DNA from: Eledone cirrhosa | Taxonomy: Eukaryota | Reading direction: 5' to 3' | Length of the DNA stretch: 64,000 bases | NCBI GenBank assembly: GCA_964016885.1 | Contig: OZ024742.1 | Coordinates: 272,304,001-272,368,000 of the forward strand | In this document: piece after piece, positions 24,602 to 37,450 of the stretch | Layout: the number at the start of each line of letters is the position of its first letter | Position numbering within the stretch: position 1 is the stretch's first letter | Made by a program: the position numbers and the translations under genes | Notes under the pieces: generated by a model | What the model saw: the letters and a program-made list of their open reading frames with translations, nothing else | Databases searched by the model: none | What the model was told of the DNA's origin: nothing

Positions 24602-25110
24602 TTAATCTGTTATTTTAATATATATATATATATATATAAATTATAGAGGTTTACATATATACATAAACTAGACAGACACATAGATATACATATGTCCGTT
24701 TTCGCAAGCATTCACGATGTGGCTCAATGACGAATTAATTAATTTAACAATCACACTCAGAGCAATATATAAAGTAAGTCTATAGAATCATTTCGTAAAA
24801 CATATACAGTATTTCCTCTCTCAATCAGCATAATCACCACATAACAAATCAATTAAACGAGGCTATAAGTTTAAAATGTATCTATGAAGAAACAAGAGAT
24901 CAAAAAATAATAGCTATTTTATCCGCGATCCACAGCCTCAGAAGATTTACCTACTATTTCTAATAGCCCGTAGAAATTGACTAGACATACAGTTAACCAT
25001 ACACAATTAGGTACAAAATCAAAGTTAGAAGAAAATACACTGTGACCTTACGTTATTGTTATTAGAGCAGTGACAGTGTCACTTCAATTTTCAGCAAACA
25101 GGGGAGATAA

Positions 25111-25153
25111 AGCTGACAGCTCTGTTTCGTACTTTTTTATACTTATCAAAGCT
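25111..25153 (-). ncRNA. Hammerhead ribozyme, U3-A8 core variant
   Basis: AGCT-TTGATAA-GTAT AAAAAA GTAC-GAAACAGAGCTGTC-AGCT. Confidence 0.75.
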
Positions 25154-27739
25154 AAACTACTCCGCCTCTCTGCTGAAAATCACGAATGTTGGATTCTTAT
25201 AGAATTCCAGTTTTATATACTCCCGTAAGGTTGAGTAAAGCTTTAGGCAGTATTCGGCTGCGCTCTCTAGCAACCAGACGACTCGCCGTCAGGCACCAAT
25301 CACAAGCTTTCTGACTTGACAACTGGCCATGACAATTCTTATTCATTTTGATTTCGTTTCTGGCGTGGATCATTTAAGATAAATCTTTGTCCAATTGAGT
25401 TTGTTTCCTGATGATTTCGAAACTCGTTTATTTATCCATGATCGGATATTTCCAAAAAGCGAATGAACCTCCGGGGGTAGAAACATGATTCTGGTATGTC
25501 TATGTACATTTGTTGTTCTAACCTTGATTTTGTACCTAATTGTGTATGGTTAACTATATGTCTAGTCAATTTATACGGGCTATTAGAAATACTAGGTAAA
25601 TCTTCTGTGGCTGTTGATCGCGGATAAAATAGGTATCATTTATTCATCTATTTTTTCTTCATAGGTACATTTTAAAATTATAGCCACGTTTAATTGATTT
25701 TTTTGTGTGGTTGATTATGCTGATTGGGAGAAAAAATAGTGCATATATTTTATCAAATATTTCTATGGACTTACATTCTTATATATATATATAAGAAAGT
25801 AAGTCCATAGAATCATTTGATAAAACAAACACAAAAATGTACGTAGGATCGTCAAACACACGTATCGGAACGCACATACACCCAGAGCAAACACGAACAT
25901 TCATCGAAACCCCTAAATGTAAATAATTATTTTCTTTTTTAGCACAAGGTCAGTAATTATCCCAGTGCATTGCTGGTGCTTTATTTTATCGACTCCGTAA
26001 ATATGATGCGCTTGGGTAACAGAGCGAACAATAAACAAATCATCAAGTGGACAAGACCATCGGATTCCAATCTCGTAAAAAATTATATTCATAAACAACG
26101 AAGGAAATCATAAACTAAATGTCTATATTAGAACTAAGACATCTGCCATAATCCCTACTTCAGACATATTCCATGTATCCCAATCCCTAATATGCTCTAA
26201 GTATATGTATGGGGATGACGGACTTTTTCAAGCTGCATCTGTCACATTATGCAGTTTTTGTATAAGAATAGACATTAAAAAATAACATATTACCAGTAGG
26301 CACTCCAAACCCATTACATAATAAACCTTGCTTCACCCTCTCCCATATATCCTTGACATTAAACCATCAAACACTTCCACAAGATGACGTGATGTCGCGG
26401 ACCGGGAAGTCAAATAAAACATAATATACATATTCGAATGTGAAACATAATTTAGAGTAAATAAAATACTAAGCTATTCAAGGAGACTAATAAAAACCTA
26501 GTTCATATTCCGTAACCTAAAAAACAAAATAAAAATAAAGAAAATACTCAATTTATTAACAAAGAAGCGAAATGAATCCACGAGGAAAAATATTAATATG
26601 ATCTAAGAAAATACTATAACCAAAACGCGATGCAAAAATTGGCATCTTAATGACATTAAATTCGGTCTGAGTTCAAACCACGCCGAAGTTAACGTTGCCT
26701 TTCACCTTAAGGGGTCGATAAAATAAAGCACCAGTAATGCACTGGGATAATTGGTGGCCTTGTGCCAAGAGTAGAAACAATATTTAATATAAAATAAACA
26801 TAATATATACACTCGAATTTAAACCACGATTAAGATAAAATAAAATATATATGTATCTACAAGTTTTCAGCTACTTAATCAGAGTTTTGCGAAAAATATT
26901 AACGAAACAAGACTTAGCCATCTTCATTGTTTGGCGCTTGCCGACAACGTGAGTGAGTCAGCATTTGGCACTATTTTCTAATATCGCTGGTCAATTAACT
27001 GTTAATGAAAACAGCAATAATGGCTTACATACATTTTCAGTATGTCATCATAGCATAAAGTTATATGTTCTTCGAATTCAATGTAAAATTGCACAACCCT
27101 TACTTATCTCTATGTATATATTATATTGGGTTTAAGTGGAAGTTGTAGCTGCCATATTTTAGGTACTAATTGCTTGAGGCAATAAAAAAGCACTCAATGG
27201 ATCGAGAAGCTAAACATTATCAGCCTTAGTAAAACACAACAGTTAAAAAGTATGACACCAAGAGAAACGGCCGAATGAACTTATACAACAACGATAAATA
27301 CAAAAGGCTTGAATACAATTCTGGACCAACTCATGTCGATTAAATTAGATGGAAATCGACAAAAATCGTTAATAAATTTCCTAGAACACTTGAAGTTACA
27401 TCATAAGTTGCGTAATACATATGCAAATAAGGCATGTACCTCCATTATGGAACTAGAGTTCCCCCCGTCCTCCGCAGGTATTTTCCCCTTGCATAATCCA
27501 AAATTCGGTCAGTTGACATAGTAGTAATTATATCTGTGTCGTCAAGTAATCTTTCTTAAAAGAAGAGATCACATTTGCGGGACTGTTGGTTGTATTTTCA
27601 GGGTGTGAGAACAAAGGGATACTCTCATACTCAAAACAAAACATTTCCACCAGCCTTTGTAAACAAAAGTAACTAACAAATTATCGTTTGTATATAAGAA
27701 GCAAGGAGAATAATAATGATAATGATAATAATAATAATA

Positions 27740-28519
27740 GATCCACAGACATGTAACTGGTTAAAAAGAGGAGACTTAAAAAAGATACAGAAGGAATGCT
27801 AATGGCTGCGCAAGAGCAAGCCCTCAGAACGAAGTGGGTGAAACACCATATTTACAAGGAGGAGGTTAGCTCTCTGTGTAGGATATATGGAGAGAGAGAG
27901 AGAGGAGACTGCGGCTCACATTGTATCCGAGTGTAAACACCTAGACAGACTCACTATAAAGACTGGAGACATGATGTGATAGGCAGGGTGATCCACTGGC
28001 ATCTATGCAAAGTAAAAAAATTACCACATTCTGAAAAGTGGTATGAGCATAATCCAGAGTCGGTGATAGAAAACGATCAGGTGAAGGTGCTATGGGATTT
28101 TAGGATACAGACGGACAAGAAACTGGAACAAATTAGACCTGACCTGGTGGTTTTAATAAAGGAAAAAAATCGTGTCTGATTGTAGATGTAGCCTGCCTAT
28201 TTGACATGAGAGTGCAAGAAAAGGAGAAGGGGAAAATTAACCAATACCAGGACTTAAAGAGGGAGTTAAAAAGTATTCGGAACTGCCATGAAATCAAGGT
28301 CGTCCCGATTGACATACGCGCACTAGGTACTCTCTCAAAGAGTTTCCAAGGATGGTTGAAGAAGATTAGTCCAGCCCCGCTTTTTGGAACACTTCAAAAC
28401 GCATGCTTGCTGGAAACAGCAAGAAATCTGCGATACGTTCTGAATATCTGAGGTTGCAGGTAGCGTCTTGATATTGATTTCAACAAACATTCCAGTTAAA
28501 TTAATAAGACTCAAAGAAC

Positions 28520-28547
<28 letters not shown>
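27740..28547 (+). mobile_element. R4/Dong-type LINE 3' fragment in (TAA)n
   Basis: AAQEQALRT, RHDVIGRVIHWHLC, RPDLVV; same family as 8750-10570; (AAT)n on both flanks. Confidence 0.9.
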
Positions 28548-28550
<3 letters not shown>

Positions 28551-30040
28551 TTTTCTTTATTAACCACAAGGGTTTACACAAAGTAGACATTAAGTACAGT
28601 ACATGACAAAAGAGGACGGTACAAAAGGACATTTCTGCGTGTGAAAAAACAAAAAAAAACGAGCATGTAAAAATAGAACAATGAAAAAATTCCCCAATAG
28701 GGGGGACAGCTCCGAGGGACATTCGTGGAGAAAGCCCATTAACAAGCCACAGTGATCCTGACCACCAGGGCAAGTGTCCTCTCCCAGTTTTCCACTTTTA
28801 ATTTACAGAGACATACTCAGAGTAGGCCCATTCACTCGGGCCATTCTTGCATCTCCCACCTATCTTTCAACAAAATGCTGAGAATATAGCACTTCCATCT
28901 CTACCCTGATTTTCCTTTTCAAATGAAATTTGAAACAGTCAATCAGGGCATCACCGAAGAGGTAAGTGCTCGTCTTTAGCCCTTTCAAACGTGTCCCCCA
29001 TACTATATCTTTCGCCATGGCCACCAGACAGATAAAAACTGCCTGCCCTTCCCGGCTAAAGGAGGAGGGCGGGGCCATCCTCACGATCGACTCAGCTGAT
29101 AGCCAGATCCGTCCTACACGCGACAGCAGGTGGTCGACATTAACCCATAAGTAAGCAAGGCTCGGACATTGGACGAGTGCGTGCAGGAGGGTTTCGTCGA
29201 CCTGCGCGCATCTCGGACATGCCCGGGTGACGGCACCTGCATGCCTGTAGAGTTTATCCCGAACTTGCAAAGCTCCTCGGTAGCACTGCTAGACACCTAG
29301 CAATTTATTGGTCCGTCCATCCAGCGCCCGACGACGCTGTTGAACGGCATGGACCTGCCTCTCCAGGTAACGAACTTCAGGCCCACTGAATTTTCCTGGT
29401 TGATCATTGCTCCTGTCACCGCTTCGTATTCTCTTAGTGTATTGCCGATTGCCTCGATGTGTTTGGCGTTCGACACCACTACGGTGACATCGTCCGCATA
29501 TGCTGACACGGATCTTCCTATCCTACTTCGCGCGGGGCGCCCCTCAACGTCTCCAGTTTGTGCAGAAATGGCTCGAGAATCAATACGTACAAGAAGGAAG
29601 AGAGTAGACATCCTTGGCGGACCGAGCGCATGATGTTGAACGGTTCCAAAAAGTAATCGTTCACTCTCACCACAGAGCAAATGTCGCTGTGCATGGCAGC
29701 GATCCAGCCTCTGAAGACGGGCCCAAAGCCAGCCGCCTTCAGGACTGCCGCTAGGTAAAGATGGTTGACCATATCGAAAGCTTTCGACTGATCTAAAGTA
29801 ATCAAGGACCCACCCGTGCCAGGTTCCCTACCTACCCTCTCTACGATGTATCGCATGAGGTGGAGGTTGTCGTGGTTGGATCTGTCGGGAATGGCGCATG
29901 ATTGCGCCTCTCCCACCAGACGACAAACGACAAGTGCCAACCTCTTTGCTAGCACCATGGCCAAAATCTTGAACTCTGTGTTTAGCAGTGTTATGGGCCT
30001 GAAATTATCTATGTTAACCACCTTATCTATGTTATCCCCG
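28548..30040 (-). mobile_element. Tx1/L1-type LINE (RT to 3' end), disrupted
   Basis: NFRPITLLNTEFKILA, LDQSKAFD, VRQGC, SAYADDVTV, CPRC..ET..HALVQC; AATAAA then ATT tail. Confidence 0.9.
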
Positions 30041-30445
30041 ATGTGCAAATTGGGCTGCTCAGTCGTTAATATGCATAAGGAAAGAATATACCTTCAGACG
30101 TTCAACCATCTGGCAGGAAGGTATACGATGCTGACGATAGCTTATAAGCTTGAAACTAGTACATCGTTCCTGTGTCGATGTTAAACAAAAAGGTGACGTG
30201 GTTGCCTAAACACTGTACGGCGAAATTCGGGCTGTTTGTTTGTTTACAAACAAACAAACCGAGCCTTATAATAAATGTTCGGTAAACCGATACGTGCATA
30301 TATGTATGTGTGCATGTATGTATATATATACATACTACTGTACGTATGTATACATATATGTATGTAAGTATACATAAATACATACTTACATTCAAGTATG
30401 TGCCGTACTAAGAGTGAGAAATGAAATTTCCTTACATTCTATTCC
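30041..30445 (+). mobile_element. Retrozyme-like family B unit
   Basis: Homologous to the 420-bp unit at 44903-46190; ends in (TA)n. Confidence 0.8.
30125..30167 (+). ncRNA. Hammerhead ribozyme, family B (intact)
   Basis: ACGATG-CTGACGA-TAGCT TATA AGCTT-GAAACTAGTA-CATCGT; perfect 6-bp stem I, palindromic ACTAGT, GUA cleavage after 30161. Confidence 0.88.
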
Positions 30446-30450
30446 ATTTA

Positions 30451-30698
<248 letters not shown>

Positions 30699-31469
30699 TT
30701 TTGCGAGGTTTTTTATATGAAATCGTGTGTCGAAACAGATATTGTTATATTTGGGGAGGGTCATATTTGCGTAATATTGCCAGAATTAATAACAGAACAC
30801 ACTCACTGTTTGGTTGGTTTTCGCTTCTCGCTGTCTTTTATATATATATATCTGCGATCTAACTTACTCGGTCCTCAATGTTGCCATTGACTGACCGGCG
30901 GTCAAAAATAATACAGATACAATATAGACAAACACATATATATATAGTTTACATAATTTACATAAATCTTTCGTTGCACATCTGCAACATCGTCAGTGGT
31001 GTTATATTCATTGTTCCTCCTGTTGTGTTGTATGTCTACGCCATTTTTTTTTTTTTTTTTTGTTCAGTCTGTCTATATATTTATTTATTTATTTGCTTGT
31101 TTGTTTATCTTATTTTATTTTGTCTTCTTTGCGCATGCGTTTGCGTGTGTGTATAGTGTTATGTGTGATGTGTGACTAGTGTGTATAGTGTTGTGTCTGC
31201 TGGGTGACTAGTGTGTGTTTATGTGCTTGTGTATGTATTTATTTATCTTATTTTATTTATTTTATTTAATTTACTTATTTATTTATACTTCTCTTAGGTC
31301 AGTGTTGTTTGTTTGGGTGTTGTTGTTGTTCCACTCATTCTTTCTGTTTAGCTTTGGTCTTCTAATTTCTATTTCACTGGCCTCTCTGATTTGCCTATCT
31401 GCTGGGTCATTCCTATGTTTAGATATTATTCTAATTTCTATGTTGTCTATGTTACCGTCATGTTGTTGT

Positions 31470-32543
31470 CTAGCATGTTCGTATAGTACTGACCCGTTTT
31501 TTCGTCCTTTTAGTTCCCCCCCAGTGTTGGTCTATCCTTTCACCTATGCTACGAGCTGTCTCACCTATGTATGTTGTTGTCGTGTTTCTGCAAGTACCCT
31601 CTGTACATCTTATGCTATAGACTACGTTTCTAGTTTTACAGTTTATCCGGGGGTTCACCTTACATATGATACATTTCCTATTGGTACAGTGGGTTTTCTT
31701 AAAAGGGTAGGTTTTGCTGATCAGGGATTTTATGGTGGTTCCTGGCTTTTCTACCACCTTTATTTTTAAGTGGGTCTTTCTCGGGGCCTTTCTACACTGG
31801 TTAGCTAATTTCCCTCCAGGGGTGGCGTCCACAAACATGACACTCTGATATCTCTGGTTGTCGTACCATGATGTGGCCTTCCCTATCTTATGTCTAGCCC
31901 TATCTAAGCTATTCCATGATTTGCTCCTGTATAGTGAGCAAATTCCTTTCATGTCCAGTTCTATGAGGGTCTTATTCTTTTCCATGGCTCCTTCGTATAC
32001 TCTGACTCTGTCTCTTTGGTTGTAGCCAGAGAACTGCATGCGGTTGATGAAGTGTTGGATGTGTCCTTCCATTTCTGTTGGGTCGCACATGCTGGACACA
32101 TTCTTCATCACTCGTACCAAATCTGCGATCAGAATATTAAACTTAGCACTACTGGACATTGCTGAGTTTTTGAGTATCAGGTATTTGGAGGCCATGGGTT
32201 TAGCATAGTGTGAGTGGAGAATTTGGGCTCTCTCGTCTATAGTGTTAATCCAGAGTTCTGTGTCTAATACAGGTAGTCTATTGTTAGGGTGTTTGGAAGG
32301 GAAGTCTATAGTTACAGTTATACTCTGGTGTATGGAATTAGCTATCTGCTGGATGCTTTCCATCGTGCTACGTTCTAAATCAAACTTGTTAGTGCTCTCT
32401 AGTGGGGGTGTTCTTATAACTATGTTGATATCGTCTACATAACGAGAGTACATGATGAGGTCTATGGAGCTTTCATTAAGGAGGAGATCTTTAAGTCTCC
32501 TTTCCCACCATACCATGAAAAGGTTGGCAACATCACCAGCTAT
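31470..32543 (-). pseudogene. Inverted partial copy of PLE RT/GIY-YIG
   Basis: Same protein as 33293 onward with a few substitutions and a G7 vs G6 frameshift near 31520. Confidence 0.9.
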
Positions 32544-32544
32544 C

Positions 32545-34552
32545 CTCAACGCTCACATGATGATGTGGACTGACATCCTAAAGCCAAGCAGACGCACTGC
32601 CAACAACTTCCAGGCGTCTAACAATGGCATACCACGCTTGTATGGGCTCCGCAAAGACCACAAGACAGTCGACGACCCGACAACAGGACCACCAACAAGA
32701 CCTGTATGCGGAGCTAATATAGCTAGCAACTACAGGATCTCCTACTTCCTCTCAATGGTTATACGCCCCATAATCAAGATGTCCCCAGATGTATGTGAAA
32801 GTACAGAGGACCTCCTCAGCAGAATCAGTGAGTGCAACAAAAACAGGAGCCTATCCAACTGCATAATAGGCAGCATGGATGTGGTGTCACTGTACCCATC
32901 CATTAACATTGATTTTGCTGTGAAAATCATGTGTGGAGATGATCATTGAGAGTGAGGTGGAGTTCTGCGACGTCGACACAGACGAACTGGGCCTCCTACT
33001 TAGACTTACCTACGACACTGACTACCTAGACAGCCATGACCTTAGATGTTTCTGCCCTAGTAGACCTATAAGAGGTAGACCCCCCACCATAACCTCAATG
33101 GCTAAAAAGACTCCCATAGGAAGGTGGATTGGGTGGACCAAAGCTATACGGACCCCCCAAAACACTGATCAGGTAAGAAAAATGGTCGCACATGCATTAG
33201 GGGCTAGTATCAAAACTACCCTAAAGGGCCACATATTTAAGTTCAATGAGAAAATCTACACCCAAAATGAGGGAGCAGCCATCGGCGTCAGCATAGCTGG
33301 TGATGTTGCCAACCTTTTCATGGTATGGTGGGAAAGGAGACTTAAAGATCTCCTCCTTAATGAAAGCTCCATAGACCTCATCATGTACTCTCGTTATGTA
33401 GACGATATCAATATAGTTATAAGAACACCCCCACTAGAGAGCACTAACAAGTTTGATTTAGAACGTAGCACGATGGAAAGCATCCAGCAGATAGCTAATT
33501 CCATACACCAGAGTATAACTGTAACTATAGACTTCCCTTCCAAACACCCTAACAATAGACTACCTGTATTAGACACAGAACTCTGGATTAACACTATAGA
33601 CGAGAGAGCCCAAATTCTCCACTCACACTATGCTAAACCCATGGCCTCCAAATACCTGATACTCAAAAACTCAGCAATGTCCAGTAGTGCTAAGTTTAAT
33701 ATCCTGATCGCAGATTTGGTACGAGTGATGAAGAATGTGTCCAGCATGTGCGACCCAACAGAAATGGAAGGACACATCCAACACTTCATCAACCGCATGC
33801 AGTTCTCTGGCTACAACCAAAGAGATAGAGTCAGAGTATACGAAGGAGCCATGGAAAAGTATAAGACCCTCATAGAACTGGACATGAAAGGAATTTGCCC
33901 ACTATACAGGAGCAAATCATGGAATAGCTTAGATAGGGCTAGACATAAGATAGGGAAGGCCACATCACGGTACGACAACCAGAGATATCAGAGTGTCATG
34001 TTTGTGGACGCCACCCCTGGAGGGAAATTAGCTAACCAGTGTAGAAAGGCCCTGAGAAAGACCCACTTAAAAATAAAGGTGGTAGAAAAGCCAGGAACCA
34101 CCATAAAATCCCTGATCAGCAAAACCTACCCTTTTAAGAAAACCCACTGTACCAATAGGAAATGTATCATATGTAAGGTGAACCCCCGGATAAACTGTAA
34201 AACTAGAAACGTAGTCTATAGCATAAGATGTACAGAGGGTACTTGCAGAAACACGACAACAACATACATAGGTGAGACAGCTCGTAGCATAGGTGAAAGG
34301 ATAGACCAACACTGGGGGGAACTAAAAGGACGAAAAAACGGGTCAGTACTATACGAACATGCTAGACAACAACATGACGGTAACATGAACAACATAGAAA
34401 TTAGAATAATATCTAAACATAGGAATGACCCAGCAGATAGGCAAATCAGAGAGGCCAGTGAAATAGAAATTAGAAGACCAAAGCTAAACAGAAAGAATGA
34501 GTGGAACAACAACAACACCCAAACAAACAACACTGACCTAAGAGAAGTATAA
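32545..34552 (+). CDS. PLE polyprotein (RT plus C-terminal GIY-YIG), 5'-truncated, one frameshift near 32930
   Basis: PRLYGLRKDHK..TRPV..GSMDVVSLYPSI / GAAIG..ANLFM..YSRYVDDI..LPVLD..CxxxxCxxC..NVVY..C..YIGETARSIGERIDQH..REA..PKLN. Confidence 0.92.
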
Positions 34553-34838
34553 ATAAATAAGTAAATTAAATAAAATAAATAAAATAAGATAAATAAATAC
34601 ATACACAAGCACATAAACACACACTAGTCACCCAGCAGACACAACACTATACACACTAGTCACACATCACACATAACACTATATACACACGCAAACGCAT
34701 GCGCAAAGAAGACAAAATAAAATAAGATAAACAAACAAGCAAATAAATAAATAAATATATAGACAGACTGAACAAAAAAAAAAAAAAAAAAAATGGCGTA
34801 GACATACAACACAACAGGAGGAACAATGAATATAACAC

Positions 34839-34876
34839 CACTGACGATGTTGCAGATGTGCAACGAAAGATTTATG
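34839..34876 (+). ncRNA. Hammerhead-like core in PLE 3' UTR (mirror copy ~30960-30997 minus)
   Basis: CTGACGA-T GTTGCA GATG TGCAAC-GAAAGATTTA; strong stem II but only ~2 bp of stem I. Confidence 0.45.
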
Positions 34877-35121
34877 TAAATTATGTAAACTATATATATA
34901 TGTGTTTGTCTATATTGTATCTGTATTATTTTTGACCGCCGGTCAGTCAATGGCAACATTGAGGACCGAGTAAGTTAGATCGCAGATATATATATATATA
35001 TAAAAGACAGCGAGAAGCGAAAACCAACCAAACAGTGAGTGTGTCCTGTTATTAATTCTGGCAATATTACGCAAATATGACCCTCCCCAAATATAACAAT
35101 ATATATATATATATATATATA

Positions 35122-35958
35122 AAGTATGTACACGTACATACATATATGTATACGGACGTACAGTAGTATGTATATATATATACATACATGCACACATATA
35201 TATGTACGTATGGATTCACCGAACATTTGTTATAATGCTCGGTGTATTTGTAAACAAACATCCCGTATTAAGCCGTAGTGTCTAGCAACCATCGTTGCTC
35301 GTTTGTTCAACACTAACAAAGGAACGCTGTACTAGTTTCAAGCTTATTAGCTATCGTCAGCAACGTATACCTTCCTGACAGTTTGTTGAACGTATATACT
35401 TACCTTATGCATATTAACTGCTGAGTAGCCCAATGTGCATATCGAGTGGATTAATCGGCCGGATGCAGCGAAAACGATAAACGGAAAAAATGAAACGAAA
35501 TTTCATTTCCCACTCTTAGTACGGCTGTTACTTAAATATAAGTATGTATACGTACACGATTAACCCACTCGATATGCAAATTGGGCTACTCAGCCGTTAA
35601 TATGCATAAGGTAAGTATATACGTTCAACAATCTGGCAGGAAGGTATACGTTGCTGACGATAGCTAATAAGCTTGAAACTAGTTAAGCGTTCCTTTGTCA
35701 GTGTTGAACAAACGAGCAATGATGGTTGCTAGACACTACGGCTTAATACGGATGTTTGTTTACAAACACACCGAGCATTATAACAAATGTTCGGTCAATC
35801 CATACGTACATATATATATGTGTGCATGTATGTATATATATATACAGACTACTGTACGTCTGTATACATATATGTATGTACGTGTACAAACTTATATTTA
35901 AGTAACAGCCGTACTAAGAGTGTGAAATGAAATTTCGTTTAAATTTTTTCCGTTTATA
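35122..35958. mobile_element. Retrozyme-like family B fold-back pair
   Basis: Minus unit 35122-35556 (intact HHR 35324-35366) abutting plus unit 35560-35958 (HHR 35648-35690). Confidence 0.85.
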
Positions 35959-35999
35959 TATATATATATGTATATATACATATATTTATTTATTTATTT

Positions 36000-36223
36000 A
36001 ATTGAAAAAGTGGAGAATAACATTGTCAACAGTACAAAAAAGGGGATTTTTTTGAAACATGTTTCCGAAGATCCAATAGAGTTAACATCATATTTAAAAT
36101 TGAGTGGCACTGCTTTTAGTTTTCAGCAATTTTTAGACAACTCCATCAGTGAAACAATTGTTAGACTGCAAATAAATCTCCTTTTTTGTACTGTTGACCA
36201 GGTTATTCTCCACTTTTTCAATT
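36000..36223. repeat. MITE-like element / ~50-bp terminal inverted repeats
   Basis: ATTGAAAAAGTGGAGAATAAC..GTCAACAGTACAAAAAAGG at 36001 and its reverse complement ending 36222. Confidence 0.75.
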
Positions 36224-36463
36224 TTATTACTCCAAGATAAACTTACATAGGAATACAAGTGAAATCATAAACTCGTCATCTACGTAAACCTCTTGTTGAA
36301 TCAAGCAACGCCGTAAGCTAAAACTATTCATATTAAGAAGTATTCACAACCTATAATTGGATTACCTATAACGATATTTTGTTATCCTTTATACACATAT
36401 ATATATGCTTACAAATATATATGCTTATATATATATAAATATGCTTATATACATACACACACA

Positions 36464-36588
<125 letters not shown>

Positions 36589-37261
36589 AAATAAGATGCT
36601 GAGGTTACATTTATCGTTTAATCATAATAATTATTTCTACGGTACTCCATGCAATAGAGATGTCCTTCATGCATTTGCTGTTGATTATGAGAACGGTTTC
36701 CTCAGATGAAGATCGATATATTTGATACGTCGCTTGCAGGAAAACATATATATATATATGTATGTATATATGTATGTACATATAAAAGATATAAGATAAA
36801 GAATGGATTAATACTAGACTGGATGATTGAATGATTGACTAAAGAAATAGACATGTGAAACAAGCAATAATAAATGAAATAACGAAAAGAGAAAAAAAAA
36901 ATGTTATCGACATTATTTTCGGAAATTTAGCAAACTAACGAACGTAGCCACTCAGCTATTGATTATATTAAATAACAAATGTGATTTTCTCCTGGTTATT
37001 TTTTATGATCCTCTTAGTTAATATATATGAATCATTTAAGAAAGAGAACATACGTACATTAAATCATGCTTTGTTCCCTAATTACATTACAGCTAATGTT
37101 TGAAAATCATCAGCGAACTTAATTTGTTTACGGTTGTTAATTTTGCTGTCTTCATATTTTTTCTCATATTTTCTACGTCCAAAAATGTATTCTATATTAC
37201 ATGTTTTATGCTGCATCCACCTCCACATCCTCCCACAGTTTCTTCCTTCTCTATACATGAA

Positions 37262-37262
37262 T

Positions 37263-37297
<35 letters not shown>

Positions 37298-37311
37298 GAT
37301 GCTGCTCCTAT

Positions 37312-37352
<41 letters not shown>

Positions 37353-37450
37353 TTACTACTACTGCTACAGCTACTACTACTAATACTACTAATGTTGCTG
37401 CTGCTGCTACCACTACTACTACTACTACTACCACTACTACTACTACTACT
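37262..37450. repeat. (ACT)n microsatellite
   Basis: Direct reading; source of the poly-S/T/L/V ORFs. Confidence 0.95.

Larger units (their letters stand above)
20978..24620 (+). mobile_element. Naiad-like PLE, 5'-truncated, with ~1-kb inverted copy of its 3' UTR at the 5' end
   Basis: 21070-22027 is reverse-complementary to 23668-24620; RT-EN between; (TA)n on both sides. Confidence 0.9.
30741..35101 (+). mobile_element. Young PLE with 1.8-kb inverted duplication of its 3' portion
   Basis: 30741-32543 is near-identical reverse complement of ~33292-35101; ~750-bp unique spacer. Confidence 0.95.

Noticed and set aside
24935-24985. Second CAGAAGA..GAAA motif
   Set aside because: GAAA is not kept in the inverted copy and no stem I forms.
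25405-25430. CTGATGA-TTTC-GAAAC
   Set aside because: No room for stem II and no stem I; chance match.
30741-35101. A-to-I editing footprint between palindrome arms
   Set aside because: The differences I checked are mostly C/T plus other types, with no evident A-to-G excess.
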